From the NCBI GenBank assembly GCA_012295275.1, contig CM022673.1, positions 15,934,001-15,998,000 of the forward strand: DNA of 64,000 nucleotides, in the 5' to 3' direction. Made by a program: the position numbers and the translations under genes. Positions within the stretch are counted from its first letter, which is position 1, and the number at the start of each line of letters is the position of its first letter. Under the pieces are notes generated by a model that saw only the letters and a program-made list of their open reading frames with translations, was not told the origin of the DNA and made no database searches. Origin of the DNA: Chrysomallon squamiferum (lineage: Eukaryota > Animalia > Mollusca). This document shows positions 1-13,728 of the stretch, in pieces.

Positions 1-685
1 ATTTATACATCTAAATTATTTTCTGGTTAATCAAATAGATGAAGATATGTTTATGGTCATTTATAACTGCCACGAATAACTTTACACTAAAACAAGGTTG
101 TTTTGTAATCGATGGAGTGATAAGAGAAGTTATATTGTTGCCAGAGACAAATGTGACTTATAGGGGAAGATATACGGTATGCGACACAGCCGCCGGCTAC
201 ATTATTTCAAGATCATTAAATTATGAGTGTCCATTACTCGTTGTGGAAGCAGTTAAACGGTGAACCCTGTTTGAATTAACAAAGTTTCGCTGCCGGCTGT
301 TTGTAACAGATCACCAAAGTCGTTTTCATTAATTTCCATTTACGAAAGACAGATATTTCGGTATGAGGCGGGAATACTTTTGTTTTAAACGTGAGTTTTA
401 ACGATTAGGGACAAAAAGAACAGAGTCGTATGAAAGAGAGTTTTAACAGATTATAAAGACTGTGACAATATAAAAAGTACATAACATCATGCATTGCAGT
501 CTAGTCTAAACAATTTAAGTAATCAAGCATTGACAAATTTCCATGTATACTTCTATCCCCGACTTTTTTGTACTTGTTTCTTTATTTATTTATTTCATTA
601 GTCGAGCGCATAGTAACGTCAAAGGACAGGAATTAATGTAGCGGTGTATGTAGATGTGTGCTTGCTGGCGTCGGGGTGGCTGTGT

Positions 686-687
<2 letters not shown>

Positions 688-760
<73 letters not shown>
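688..760 (+). repeat. (GA)n microsatellite
   Basis: Perfect dinucleotide run. Confidence 0.97.
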
Positions 761-766
<6 letters not shown>

Positions 767-2633
767 CATAAAGTAGCAATCGTTTTGAAACCGGAAACGG
801 AAAAGCACTAAGATGGCGAATATTTCCGATATTAAGCGAACTTATTTTATTCCTGAATGTTTCTGACGAATAATTTAATAGTAACCTAAAATAAGGATCT
901 CTATTAAATCAAAAACAAATTTTCACCCACTTCTTTCGAGTTTCCATGACTTTTGATTATCTTATCGAATTAAAAGATCAGACTTTAATTTCGTTACTAG
1001 CATTAACAAACAGTCACGTGATGCAAACTTACTTTATTATTTCTGTTTAAAGCTTTCTCTCAGATAGATGGCAGTGTAAACAGCGCGTATGATTACAGAC
1101 AAGTCAGCTAATGGCGCACGGTAAGCCAGTTACCGTAAATAACCTATTTACAGCGCCGCGTTAGTTATTAATGTGTGGGTTTTATATTAGATAAAAATGT
1201 ACAGTAAATTAATGCGTCAGTGTGAAATGCGTCACATAATATGATATAGTAAGTGAATTAAATAATAATTATATTTCTTGTAATCAATAATACGTGGTGA
1301 ATAATAATAATAATAATAATAAGTATTAGTATTAGTATTAACAACAACAACGATAATAATAATGATAATAACAACAATGGCACCAATAGCATGGTGATTA
1401 TTATGATGATGATGATGATGATGGTGATGATGAAAACAATAGCAACAACAACAAGAGTAATATATTTGATTTTTACTATTATGATATGTCTGGAGGGGGG
1501 GATGAAATGATATTTACATAGACCAGCCATTAGTTAAACGTTTTTTCCTTTTTCATTCCGATGTTCGTTCTCTAAATATTTCCAGCACTTTATTCTGACA
1601 TTTGTCTCGTTCGGTTTGATTGGATAAAGAAACACAAACAGCAGCATGTCAAACGGGCTGTAATTTGTTGCACTCTTTATTAAACTCGATGGTAAAATAA
1701 ACAATGATACAGCAACGATGGAAATCGAGAAATTACGAAGCTGACGTTAAATCGAAACCGTTTTAAGAGTTTTTCTTTACTAACTTCGCCCTGTCTGACT
1801 TCTCTAATGTTGTGTACAGAATAACCGTGCTTTGACTATTTTTATCGATCACACATACTAAAAGAACTGTAACATTTCGGCTTTCTTTTCTTTTTTCTCC
1901 CCTTTTTATAAAGATTTTTTATTTTTTTTTTTTTTTTTATTTTATATATATTTTTTTTTTTAATGGAAGTGATTGTTGTTGTTGTTATTATTGTTATCAT
2001 TGTTGTTGTTGTTTGTGTATTTATTAATTAATTTTGTATGCTTGTATGTTTGTGTTCGTTGATTTTTTGTTTCTTTCTTTACTATGTACTTTCCGTAAGT
2101 ATTTTTTTCCATAACGGCATAATTCAATAACGTCAGCAAAAAGATATTATTCATAAAAATACATAACGCAGAAATCTGTATTACTGTAAATACATTTTGA
2201 CAGCCACTCGTTTTATTTATTTACAAATGTTTTTGTTTATTTTTAATTAAAACCTTGGTTTCAAATTCATCCAAACCGGACTTTCTGAAAACCATTGAGT
2301 ACTAAAGTACTCGGAACTTTGGTATCGAATTCATTCTCCGAATTAACCAGCCACTCGCGGCTACTGATACCAAAATAGCGCCATCTATCCTGCATTCGTG
2401 TTCGTGCATGCGTCACAAAGCCATAGGCATACGAGATTGCAAGAATACGTCATGAACTAAATTTACAGACAGAATGAAAGAAACAAATGTTGGAAAAGTG
2501 TAAGAGTTTGAATCTTTTGATCGATAAAATTATTACTTATGTGGATCTTACATTTTCATGTTATTTATGTTTTTATTTCCTTCTATTTCTATTGTTCTTT
2601 CTTGATATTTAAAAAATATGTAGAAATATGTCT

Positions 2634-2765
<132 letters not shown>

Positions 2766-3204
2766 CTCGACTTTACAAATTAACAAAAATAACAAAATAA
2801 AATAAAGAAAAAAAAAAAAAAAAAAAATGCTGCAAAGATTCATATATAATGGATATACTGGGCGAGCGATTGAAAATATTCACAGCGGAAGTTGAACAAA
2901 CATTGTTGTCTTTTTTCCCTGAAGAGTGATATTTTTTCAAGAGTTTTAAAGTTATTCTTCTTTTCTGATTCCAGCTGTGTTTTAGGAGCACAAGTGCGAA
3001 ATACGCCATTTGTGTTCTATTGATTCAGTGTGTGAAAGCTTTCTTCATTATTATTTTATTCTTTATTTTTTAAAACATTTGATCGACAAATGGACTTTTT
3101 CATTCTTTTTTTAAATGTATTTCTTCTAAATTATTATTATTTTTATAACTGTTATTATCATCATCATTATTGTTGTTGTTATTATTATTATTGTTTTCGT
3201 GTTC

Positions 3205-3275
<71 letters not shown>

Positions 3276-3825
3276 CTTTTGCCCTAGTTGCAGAAAGATA
3301 AGTATTAATCACATGTCAGTCTCCATCCAAAATGCTCTGAATTGTTTCGACTCGAAACACTAAATACAGATCTTTGGTTCATTGCGGTACGAACGGTGTT
3401 TTATTCTGTTTACAACATAATTATTATCTACACAGAAAAGTGGGGGTTTGCTGCAGTGTAAAACTATTTTACGCATACTATTTGTTTGACCCACTAATGC
3501 CAAAACTGTTAAAAAATTCAATGTAAAAGTGAAATAACTATACTAATTTAAACTGTTTGCTACATTTAGTTTAACTAAGCGAATGAAGAAATGAATTGGT
3601 ATGTGTCAATGCTGATCGAATTAATAATGTTTTAAGCATGACCTTTTTCGCGGTTTAATCAAATTAACCAAAGCAAGTGAGTTTGTATGTGTGAAAGTTC
3701 AATTCAGCGTTTTGACATACGCGAATTAACTAAAACATTTTAATTTTTGTTAGAACTATGGGAACATTTAAAGCAGATTGTACTCGGTGTAGCTTAAAGT
3801 TATAACGCAATTGGTTTCGATGTAA

Positions 3826-4341
3826 GTACAGATTGATATTTGTAAATGTTATAATTGCATTTGAATGATAGTACAGAGTACTACTTGTAATTACTTTTCG
3901 ATCTTAATTACAGTTACGTTTGGATATTAGTACAGATTACTACTTGTAAATGTTACAGTTACGTGTGAATGTTAGTAAAAAAATAATACTTGTAAATGCT
4001 GCAAATACGTTTGATGATAGACTACTACTTTTAAATGTTACAATTACATTTGAATCTTAGTACAGATTCCTATTTGTAAATGTTACACTTCCTTTTGGAT
4101 ATTAGTACAAATTACTACTTATAATGTGGCAATTACATTGGGTATTGGTACAGATTAATTCTTGATTAATTACCTTTGGATATTAATGAAAATGACTGCT
4201 TATAAATGTTACAATTGCGTTTGGATGTTAGTAGAAACTACTAGTTCTAAATGTTACAGTTACGTTCGAATGTTAGTAAAGATTCCTACTTGTCAATGTT
4301 ACAATTTCATCTGAATATTAATATAGATTACTACTGGTAAA
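3826..4341. repeat. Degenerate 45-bp minisatellite (~11 copies) in the FMRFamide intron
   Basis: Consensus TACAGATTACTACTTGTAAATGTTACAATTACGTTTGGATATTAG, e.g. copies at 3931 and 4061. Confidence 0.88.
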
Positions 4342-4512
4342 TTCAAAAGTCGGTTTTACAGAAATACAGGATCGCTTCCGACTATCACAAAACAAAGACC
4401 TAAACCTACTAATCATGCAGTTTAAAGAAGAACAAAATCTAACAGCGGCAGACATGCTATTTTGTTGGTGGGGGGGGTGTTAAAGTGTAAGAATTAAGAA
4501 AACTTAACCCAC

Positions 4513-4648
4513 CTCTCAAGATGTCACAGATCTGGTAGTTTTCAGGGTTGATGCAGTAGCTGCTGATGTCGGAGAAGGCAGTCGCCTTGCCACATAGCCA
4601 CTTGAGTAGAAGCACACACACGAGACCAAGGAACGTCCAGGGACGCAT
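4513..4648 (-). CDS. FMRFa: FMRFamide neuropeptide precursor, first coding exon (signal peptide + Cys-containing N-terminal pro-region); gene continues off the left edge
   Basis: Encodes MRPWTFLGLVCVLLLKWLCGKATA-FSDISSYCINPENYQICDILR: a hydrophobic signal peptide with the MRPW...LKWL pattern I recall from gastropod FMRFamide precursors (Aplysia MRPWCQLALLACLSLKWL..., Lymnaea MKTW...IKWL), followed by two Cys. Acceptor tttattacag at 4672 (exon starts 4671); donor GAG|gtgggt at 4512, phase 1. No FMRFG repeats occur in the window. Confidence 0.8.
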
Positions 4649-4677
4649 AGCGTTTTAAGTTGTTTCAGGTCCTGTAA

Positions 4678-4712
<35 letters not shown>

Positions 4713-5660
4713 ATATAGCGTTTATTTATATTAAAACACTTTATATGTATTATATAAAAAACGAAATGAAGCACGCCTTTTAATATTATTAATCCTGCCT
4801 TACCTTAAATAAAAAAAAGGTAAAACTGTGCAGTAAGTAACAGTTGTGTTTATTATTAATAATACTATTATTGTTGTTGTTGTTGTTGTTGTTATTGTTT
4901 ATGAGTGTTATGTGAAGGACTTAGAACAAGAATGATCAAAGAAAAAAGCAGTCAGCATGGATCTTGTAATAATTATGCTGCTAAGTGCCTAAATAGTACA
5001 AATATTGTCAATCACATTTAACGTTATAACTGAACAATTCTGCATTTCTTCCATTTTTACATGCTTTAATAATTTAAACATTAATCACCTCAGAAACTAA
5101 TAGTGTTAAAAGCCGGATCTTAAACTTTATAAAAAAAACAACAACAGCAATGCCTTAATTAATATAACGTAGTTTTCGAACGAGACGAAAAATGCTATAA
5201 AAAAAGTATTATTTGAACGCTTATTAATTATTTTAAGCCAGTCCTTTTCATGACTGTACTTGTTTCTCGTGCTGCTATACAAACATGGGATCTGACGTTA
5301 TTAACTAATTGGGTAAGTCACAAGTTCATGCTAATATCATATTGATTGTGTTTTCTTTTTTCTCTTTCTTTTTTTTTTTTTTTTTTTTTCTTTATCACCA
5401 AATGGCGTAATACACCCTTTCCTTAATGACTGGTTTTTGCTCTCTTGTGTATCAATTATCAATTATTTCGTAATGACTTCGGTAATTGGTTCGATTACAC
5501 CGGGCACCGACAGAGTGTTGCGTGTCATACAGCGGGAATTCATCATCACAGACAGCATCCGAGTAGCATATGGCGGATAATGTCGACTTTTTACGATCTG
5601 GTCAAATCGTTTCGACTCGTACAATTCCGTAATTACTCTACAGGCATTAATCCCTTAAGC

Positions 5661-5723
<63 letters not shown>

Positions 5724-6541
5724 ACTATTTACTTATCAGTGATCTTCAAATTTCCAATAGTTATATAATTCAGGTAAACAATATTGATTTATTTATATGT
5801 TTCATAGTTATTTTTATATATAGTTACATACAAATTTTAGAATCCTAGAAACAGTCGTAATAATAATAATAATAATAATCACCATCATCATGATAATATA
5901 TTTTCATTAAAAATTATACGAATGGAATTTTTTTTATCTATATGATAAATTTATTGTTTTGATTAGCAGTAGTATGTCTGAACGTTTTTCGATTCACAGA
6001 AAACAGAATCTCTATTGTTTATAAATTGCTTTACCAAGGCAATGACTAGGACCTTTATTTCTGGATCATTTAATTTTTTATTTCTTTTTATCAGAAAACA
6101 TCCAATGAAAGAAGTTAATATCATATTTATCACGTCGAAACGATGGATAAATCTCTTCCGGATTCATTTTGAGAAGCGATTAATTGCCATTAAATACATA
6201 AACACGCCATAGATATAATTTAGTTTTTTGTGAATGCGTAACACGTCGTTTTACGAGCGTCCGTATTGTCGTCTGCGTACGAGTTTTAAAAAAGAACAAC
6301 AGCAGCATGCGGCTACATTGACGTACTGTGGTATGTGTCAGATATGCAGTGAATTCAAAGAGGCACTTATGATCGAGATTCTGACCATGGTTGCGTTAAA
6401 TATTGGTTTTATTTCCTTCAACTGATCATTTCGAAGTCACCAGTGCTTAATTTTGCAGACAGCTTATGGGCAAGTGAACTAAAACAGTCGGGGTTATCAA
6501 GAACCTTTCTGACAAGATGACCCAGTGTTGGTATAGTCAGA

Positions 6542-6670
<129 letters not shown>

Positions 6671-8476
6671 ACACGAGTAGTGGGTATTTAAAATAACCAA
6701 CCATAACTTTAATGAATTGTTTTTTGTTTAGCTTTTTTAAAAATATTAATTTATTTACTTATATATGTATGTGTATGTGTATGTATATGTATGTATATAT
6801 ATATATATATATTATATTTCATAATTTTATTTATTTGTTTATTTACTTATTTATTTAACTCGTTCTTTACATATATTATTTATAAAAATATTCATTACTT
6901 AAAATTCAACATCAATATTTTTAACACTTAATATTTCGTAATAAAATTAATGTTTCTCCTTTTTGACTCATTTTTAAACATTGCTCTTGTTGCATAACCA
7001 AAAATTCATTTCAAATCATCGAGCCTTATAATACAGAGCAACAATGAAACAATCTTTCAGCCAGTTTTCACCGATCGTCTGCTGCCTGCCATTGCAAACT
7101 TCAACACTGCGCATGCTCGAATTGGAAAAGCTTTTACAGAGTTGCGGCTGGCGGTAATGTGACTGTAATGGTATAATGCTTTTTCTCTGGACATTGTTAA
7201 AGTCGCAATGCCTGCGTCTGGCGACAGGGCTAATTGTAATTCTCTTTGTCCATTATCTTCTTGGTTGAGGTTACAACAGCTCTTCGAGTTCAACAAATGT
7301 AATGAAGAAGCTTCTATATACGAAAAAAGGGAGATAATGATGTTTGAAATTTTATGCTCCGGGCGGCGCTGTTTGTGAAGTATGCCATCCTGTTTGTTTT
7401 AAAAACAGGTTGGTCGCATCTTTCTGCTCATTATGATATTCGAATTTTAAAATAAAGCCGGAGAAGCAGAATAATATAAATAAAATAATGATATGTAGTT
7501 GATATTGTTGGGAAGCTTTTTTTAAAAAAAAATTTATTATATATTTGTAGTAATGGGGACTCTATTTTTTTCAATTAAACATTTAAAAAACACCACATGA
7601 AAAAGCTGATATTCTTCCACATTTGTTGCTAGAATATTATATAGATATATGTATATGTTAGCTTAAACAATAAAACTTATTTAGGTTTTCCAGTCTATAA
7701 TACTCCCACTTAATAACGAGAGCATTGTTTTAATACCGACTTCAGAACCACCCACCTCCAAAACCTCAACCAACCACTCAAATCAAACAACCCACTCAGA
7801 AACTGATAGTGGCCTTGACTCCAATACTTCAATCAACCACTCTCGCGAAAATATAAATTAACACATAAACGCAACCACCCACTCAACAAAACAAAAACAA
7901 CAACAACAACAACAACAAAAAAAGAGTTTTATCTCTATCATCTTATTGAAGTCGGTAAGCTGATACGATCCGTGATCCTACCAGGTTTAAATTCATTTGC
8001 TTAAGTGGCGCTCCAGGATCAACGTGAGAAAAACGGGCTTCAAGAACGATCGTACGTTTTCCCAAAGCAAACAGTGTAACTATTGATGTATCATTTTTCA
8101 TAACGACTACATGGGGAAATAACGCAGTAAGTCGAATGAAGAGGAAAATGACCTGAATCAATATGGTTCAGACAAACACTAAACGAAACATAAAGAGAGC
8201 CTGCTGGTCTTCCTCCGAATCAACTTTATATTCCAGCGTCTGTGTGTCTAAGCATTAAAACTGATTGAACTTTTAAAAAGATAAATGAATTATTGTCGAC
8301 ATAAGAAATATTGTAGCTCATGTCTAGTTCTTACATTGATAAAAATAATAAATAAATATATATACAGAGAGACAGACAAATAGATTTTTGTTTTTAAATT
8401 TTAGATAAATTTTATTTTCGGTTATACAGAGTTTTTGTCAAGGTTTGTCTTGGTGCTATCCGAAATATGCACATTT

Positions 8477-8750
8477 TATCAAAGGCAGTGCTATGCACTT
8501 TGCTCTCTACGGGAGGGCGCATATACCTTGTTAAGCTAATCGGTAAGAGTAGCCCATTCGCTGGCTGTTTTCCACTCAAGTACCGTTAAAACTTCCTGTG
8601 GTGTCGTTAACTATTTATTTATTTATTTCTAAAGGCAATTCCAGGTGTGATGACAGTGGGTTTCCTCTCTTGTTATTATCCAATAAACCAAATATTTGAC
8701 AACGCATAAAAAAAAGTCAGTGATATTTCGTTAAACAAATATTCATTTGT
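8477..8750 (+). mobile_element. Degenerate SINE relic(s), MetaSINE-like central domain plus 3' tail
   Basis: TATCAAAGGCAGTGCTATG...GGGAGGGCGCATATA...GCTAATCGGTAAGAGTAGCCCAT...GTGTCGTTAA followed by (TATT)n, then a second fragment GACAGTGGGTTTCCTCTCT...TCGTTAAACAAA. Resembles, from memory, the abundant gastropod SINE core (..GCTAATCGGAAAGAGTAGCCCA..). Confidence 0.6.
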
Positions 8751-10427
8751 CACTTTAGCAAAAAAAAGAAGATTAAAACCAGAGTAAGATGAAACTACAT
8801 TTGGGAGAAAATGGCTCTTTGTTGATATTTCAGCCAAAAAGTTTTAGATTTTTAAAAAATGTTATGAAATGATGGATTATTTGATAACTAAAGGAAACGA
8901 AATAGATGAAATCAAATCCTTTTTTTTCTTCTTTTTTTTTTTTTACATTTATCGATTTAATTTAAAATTAAATAATTTCCCTTACAGCTTCCATAATGGA
9001 TTCATAAGAATGCCGTCTTTTTTTGCTCACTTCTGTAATGACATCGTAATGTATACTGATGTCGTATTACGGTTTTAAAAATTTCAAGCAATCAAAAAAA
9101 AAAGATATATATTCTGCATGATATGGACACTACGTTATTTTGAACAAGTACTTAATGTTATTTTTAGGCACGAATGCCACATTTTAAAAGCTGAGAGATG
9201 GTGTAAATGAAAACTGGATGACGAAATTTGTTTAACTAATATTATTAAACAGAAGGATTTTTCATTTTCGCAAGCATCAAACAAGTAATTTCGGAATAGT
9301 TTCGAGAGTCTTTGAATTTGTTTTTCTTTTTTTTTTTTGTTCTGCTATTGAGAACTGGATTAGTTCAAGAAGAGTGAGATTTTACAGTGAAATGCTTCGA
9401 TTTCTTTACGTATTAAATCTGGATAAATATTACATAATTTTTAAAACATAATTCCACTTTGTAAAAGCGCAGTTATTCTGAAAAATGTCTTTTTAAAAAA
9501 AAAAAAAATGAGATTCATTATTTTCGTTGTCGTCACAGTCGCGACTGGTTAACAGACTTAGAACTTTTTTTGCGTGAAAAGTTTGTTTTAGTATTTTCTT
9601 TCAGAGCCTTGGAAAAAAGTATAAAATTGATTCGTGAGCTGCATAACTTTATACGTGGCGAATATAATGATTAAGAGGAACAAATTGAAAGCAAATTCTA
9701 TTAGCGTATGAAAAAACATGAATCACTCTACCATCAGAACAAGTAATGCTTAATACTGCAAACAGTAGATAATTGAAAAACAGTTAACAGAAATTGAAAA
9801 ATAATTGACACATAGAGATAATAAAAATGTGTAAATAATTTAAAAAAAAAGAAGAAGTGGCACTGCACTTTTTAATTAAATGAAAAACACACTTAATAAA
9901 ACATTTGTAAGTAACTGAGAAACGGAGATACGAAATAAATGTAAATCAGAATTAATAAAAATACATAAAGAATTAAAAACAGAGATAATAAAAACTGATT
10001 AATAACTTTAAAACAAAGGTATTAAATTAAAACCAAAGAACTGAAAAACAAAGTTTATAAAATAAGAAATAGTTGAAACCCAGACTTCGACTATAATTTC
10101 TAAGAATTTTAAGTTAACTATAAACTTAATTTGTAAATTTAATAAAAGTAATTCGTTATATGTTAGTCTTATTATTATTATTTTTTTTTTTTTTTTTTTT
10201 TTTCCTGCCGTAAAAGAATAACGATATAGTTCTAAACTGAACATACAGGCTGAAATTTCAACTTATTATCACTGTAAGTAAAAATGTATTATATTTTTCA
10301 CCAGATAATTCTCTGGGCACAAGTTAGGAGTTTTAGGATATTACCACCGCTTTCCCGTTTATATTGAAATTGTTTTAGATACAACAACAACACACACACA
10401 CACACACACAGACATATATAAACAGTA

Positions 10428-10600
10428 TTTTAAAATACTTTGGTTATTTAAATAGCAATATCTTATTATTTACTTATTTATTTATTACTAACTTACTTAC
10501 TTATTTATTTTAAAATACTTTGGTTTTTTAAATACCAATATCTTATTATTTAATTAGTTATTACTAACTTACTTACTTACTTACTTACTTATTTATTTAT
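10428..10600. repeat. ~80-bp tandem duplication
   Basis: TTTTAAAATACTTTGGTT.TTTAAATA.CAATATCTTATTATTT...ACTTACTTACTT occurs twice. Confidence 0.8.
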
Positions 10601-11289
10601 CATTCATTATTTTATATAAGCTTCCGTTATACGAATATTTAAATAATATTTATTTGCTTTAAAACAAAATTATTTTCTAATTCTGCACAAGATCACTAAT
10701 ATTTCGAAGAGAAAAAATAGGGTAACTTTAAAACAAGAGGGATAAAGTCAAAACAAATTTCTTTTACTAAAACATTATTTTATCTGGCGAACTTTGACTC
10801 AACTTTAAATTTCACTTGCAGTTGTAAGAAACGATTGTTTACCGCTAGAAACAGCGGTAATTATAAAAATGTTCTTGGTAAGTAAGATTTTCTTTCTTCT
10901 TTTTAAGAAACGGAAACTTTCCAATCCAAATAAGTTTTATAATTTCTGTTAAATTTGCTTCTAAATTCATCATTTATATATATAATTTTTATTTATTTAT
11001 TTATTTTTGTTTGTTTGCTGCCTTTGTCCTACTAAAACGTTTTTTAATTTAAAAAAATAACAATCCGATCTTTAAAGATTGTCTTACTAAATAAACTGAA
11101 AATATATGTATACATTTTTACTTTTATACTTAAACATATAGTTCAAATTATCATCATCATTTTACAGAACAGACAGTTTTACTTTAGAGTCTAATTACTA
11201 GTTTATGTGTGCAGTTCAGCTTCTTTTTTTTCCCCTAAACACCATCGTACTTCAATAATCTTTCATTTTACAGCATACGTGAGTTTGCA

Positions 11290-11535
11290 GACGCATAATC
11301 ATGAATATGTTTTATAACAGACCCAACATCATAAATATGTTTTTGTCAGACCCATAAATACGAATAAATGTCTCATGAAAATATTTTATATTAGACCCAT
11401 CATCATAAACTATCATTTATTTTAAACCCAGAGTTATGAACTTTTTTTTATATCAGACCCATCATAAAAAATATATTTTATTTTAAACCCAACATTATGA
11501 ACACTAATTTTTATATCAATGCCATCATCACAAAC
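11290..11535. repeat. Degenerate ~30-bp tandem repeat
   Basis: Recurring (A/T)(C/T)AGACCCA..ATCATAAA / TTTAAACCCA...TTATGAAC units. Confidence 0.65.
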
Positions 11536-11666
11536 TATAGCCATTTAAGAACTGCACATACGTCTTGTATTGCTTCATTCAACGTAAGCTAAAATAATAC
11601 ATTTTAATACTAGGTCTAAAGTTTTCTAAGAGAATAACGAAAAAGACAGAAAAAAGCGAAACCTAC

Positions 11667-11750
11667 CGTCAGTGAGTGTTGAGTGCGTGTCCTGGTCTAC
11701 TAGGCTGTTATTATATTGACTGGCAAGTTCAGACGATTGTTCTTTATCGG
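11667..11750 (-). other. FMRFa: Putative non-coding first exon (5' UTR) of the FMRFamide gene
   Basis: ATG-free ~84 nt segment starting ~30 nt downstream of a TATAAAA and ending in the donor ACG|gtaggt (11666). The next clear minus-strand acceptor followed by an ATG is the signal-peptide exon at 4671. The TSS position is an estimate. Confidence 0.6.
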
Positions 11751-11773
11751 TTGCTTGGGGCCGCCTGTCGTTG

Positions 11774-11995
11774 TTTTATACACACCGATCACGTGACCCA
11801 CTTGGCGTATGGTTGGCGTTGATGGAACTTCTTACTGGCGATTCGAAACTCCCACATAATTCATTAATATGCAAATATAGAAATTAACAAAAGATATTTC
11901 CCGAGGAATCCCCGGAGATGCGAAAAGGATGGCTTGCTTTCGAAAACTAAATACGATATTTGACGCAATGGACAGCAACAAATGATGACGTATAA
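11774..11995 (-). promoter_or_regulatory. Putative FMRFamide core/proximal promoter
   Basis: TATAAAA on the minus strand 11780-11774; E-box GATCACGTGACC 11787-11798; ATAATTCATTAAT plus octamer ATGCAAAT 11855-11876; two adjacent COE/EBF-like sites TCCCGAGGAA and TCCCCGGAGA 11899-11918; CRE-like TGACGCAA 11961 and ATGACGTA 11985. Confidence 0.6.
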
Positions 11996-12624
11996 CGTTT
12001 CTTCAAAATCTGAGTATCCACAAAGAACCTATTAAATACAACTGTAAAAGATTGTGTTTAAGATTTAAATCACGCCTGATGTTTAAAATTAACTTAATGT
12101 TTAAATCTGTCTGTTGTTAAAAGCATTACGATAAATAAGTATTTTATTTTTCTTTATCTACGATCCAAGAATTGGAAATCTGAATAATTCCTGAAGAGAT
12201 AGTTGAACAAAATTAAGCAAATTTTAGAAATAAATATTTTGGTATTTATTATAGCAAATACTGACATACTTATATTTAACGTACATTCCCGGATTATGGA
12301 CGTGATTTTGGGTGTTGATGTTGTCACGTCAAGCAACGAACAATTCTAGACGAATAAAATATTTTAAAATTTCACACACATTCGTATTAAGGACACAAAA
12401 TATTTACTGTTTATATAGCAATAGTGAATATTTTTTCAAACAGTTCATATGATGCGATGTATTTTGAAATCAGTATAAAAATGCTTAACAAAAAGGGTCT
12501 CTTTGGCTCTGTCAGGGAAGTAGGTCTTCTAAAATCCGAAAGCTCGTCTAGCGCTCTCTCTTTTCGGCCATGATGTTTACTACTGCTACTATTCACATTC
12601 ATAAAATAAACACATTCATATACT

Positions 12625-12935
12625 TACAGAAACACATTCATACATATTAACACACATGCACGCATGCACACGCTCAGACAAACATACATATATACATACT
12701 CCGAAACTGAAACGCACATATATGCATGCATACGAAAGTACATACACACACACACACATACATACATACATTCATTCATACATACACATACACACACATA
12801 CATAGAAACATTCATACATACATACATACACACACACACACATACATACAAACATTCAAACATACATACATACATACATACATACATACACAAATATATA
12901 CTCACATATGCACATAGATACACACGTATACACTG
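12625..12935. repeat. (CATA)n/(CA)n low-complexity repeat
   Basis: Direct inspection; source of the HT/CVCM ORFs. Confidence 0.9.
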
Positions 12936-13661
12936 TAACTTTACGATTTGTACATGTAGAGAGTTAAACATGTTTTCTGTGTGTATACTTTAACAGGGTT
13001 AAATTACGTAACTGGAATGCTTTACAAACAAACGATAACGGATCATCATGACAGTATCTAAACATTTACTATAAAATGCTTTTAATACGACAACGTGGAA
13101 ATAATGTAAATCATTATCTACGTTCTTCAACTTCGCCGTCGTCTTCTTTTTCTTTATTGAACATTATGAACAATCGTTCAGCCTGAAAAATTAATTGTAA
13201 TTAATAATGATAACTCTCAGTGTTTAATCGCACGTATCCATTTAAATATGTTTCATAGAAGTAACAACCTTCTTTATTCTTTGTTTGAATTAAGTCTTTA
13301 TTTACTGTGTGTACTTGCATCGTATATTGTTGTTGTGTTTAATATTACTGTCAGTATTGTTGATTTTTATTATCATCATTGTTATTGTTATTATTGTTAT
13401 TGTTGCTGTTATTATTATTATTGTTATCTTTATTATTATTATTACTGTTGTTAACGCTTTTGTTTGTAATTTCGTATATGAGTACATCGTTCTTTTGTTT
13501 TCGAATATTTGTTTGGTGTCTATGTGTGTTTATATATTCTTTTTTATATATTTATATATGTGTATAAACAGCATGATAATGGATGAAATGATACTGTTTT
13601 TAAAAAGATTATATTGCTGTATTGGAGGCGATTTTTATTCATTTATTTTTGTGTAATGTTA

Positions 13662-13728
<67 letters not shown>

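Noticed and set aside
2245-2290. Lone VRFG* (and PRF* in another frame) on the minus strand after a ttttcag, as a possible RFamide exon
   Set aside because: The RFG frame does not match the phase-1 donor of the leader exon; the phase-1 reading ends PRF* with no amidating Gly; there is no dibasic site and no repetition.
9523-9534. Partial matches to conserved miRNA 5' ends (miR-981-like here; miR-34-like at 1069)
   Set aside because: Only 9-12 nt match and there is no precursor hairpin.
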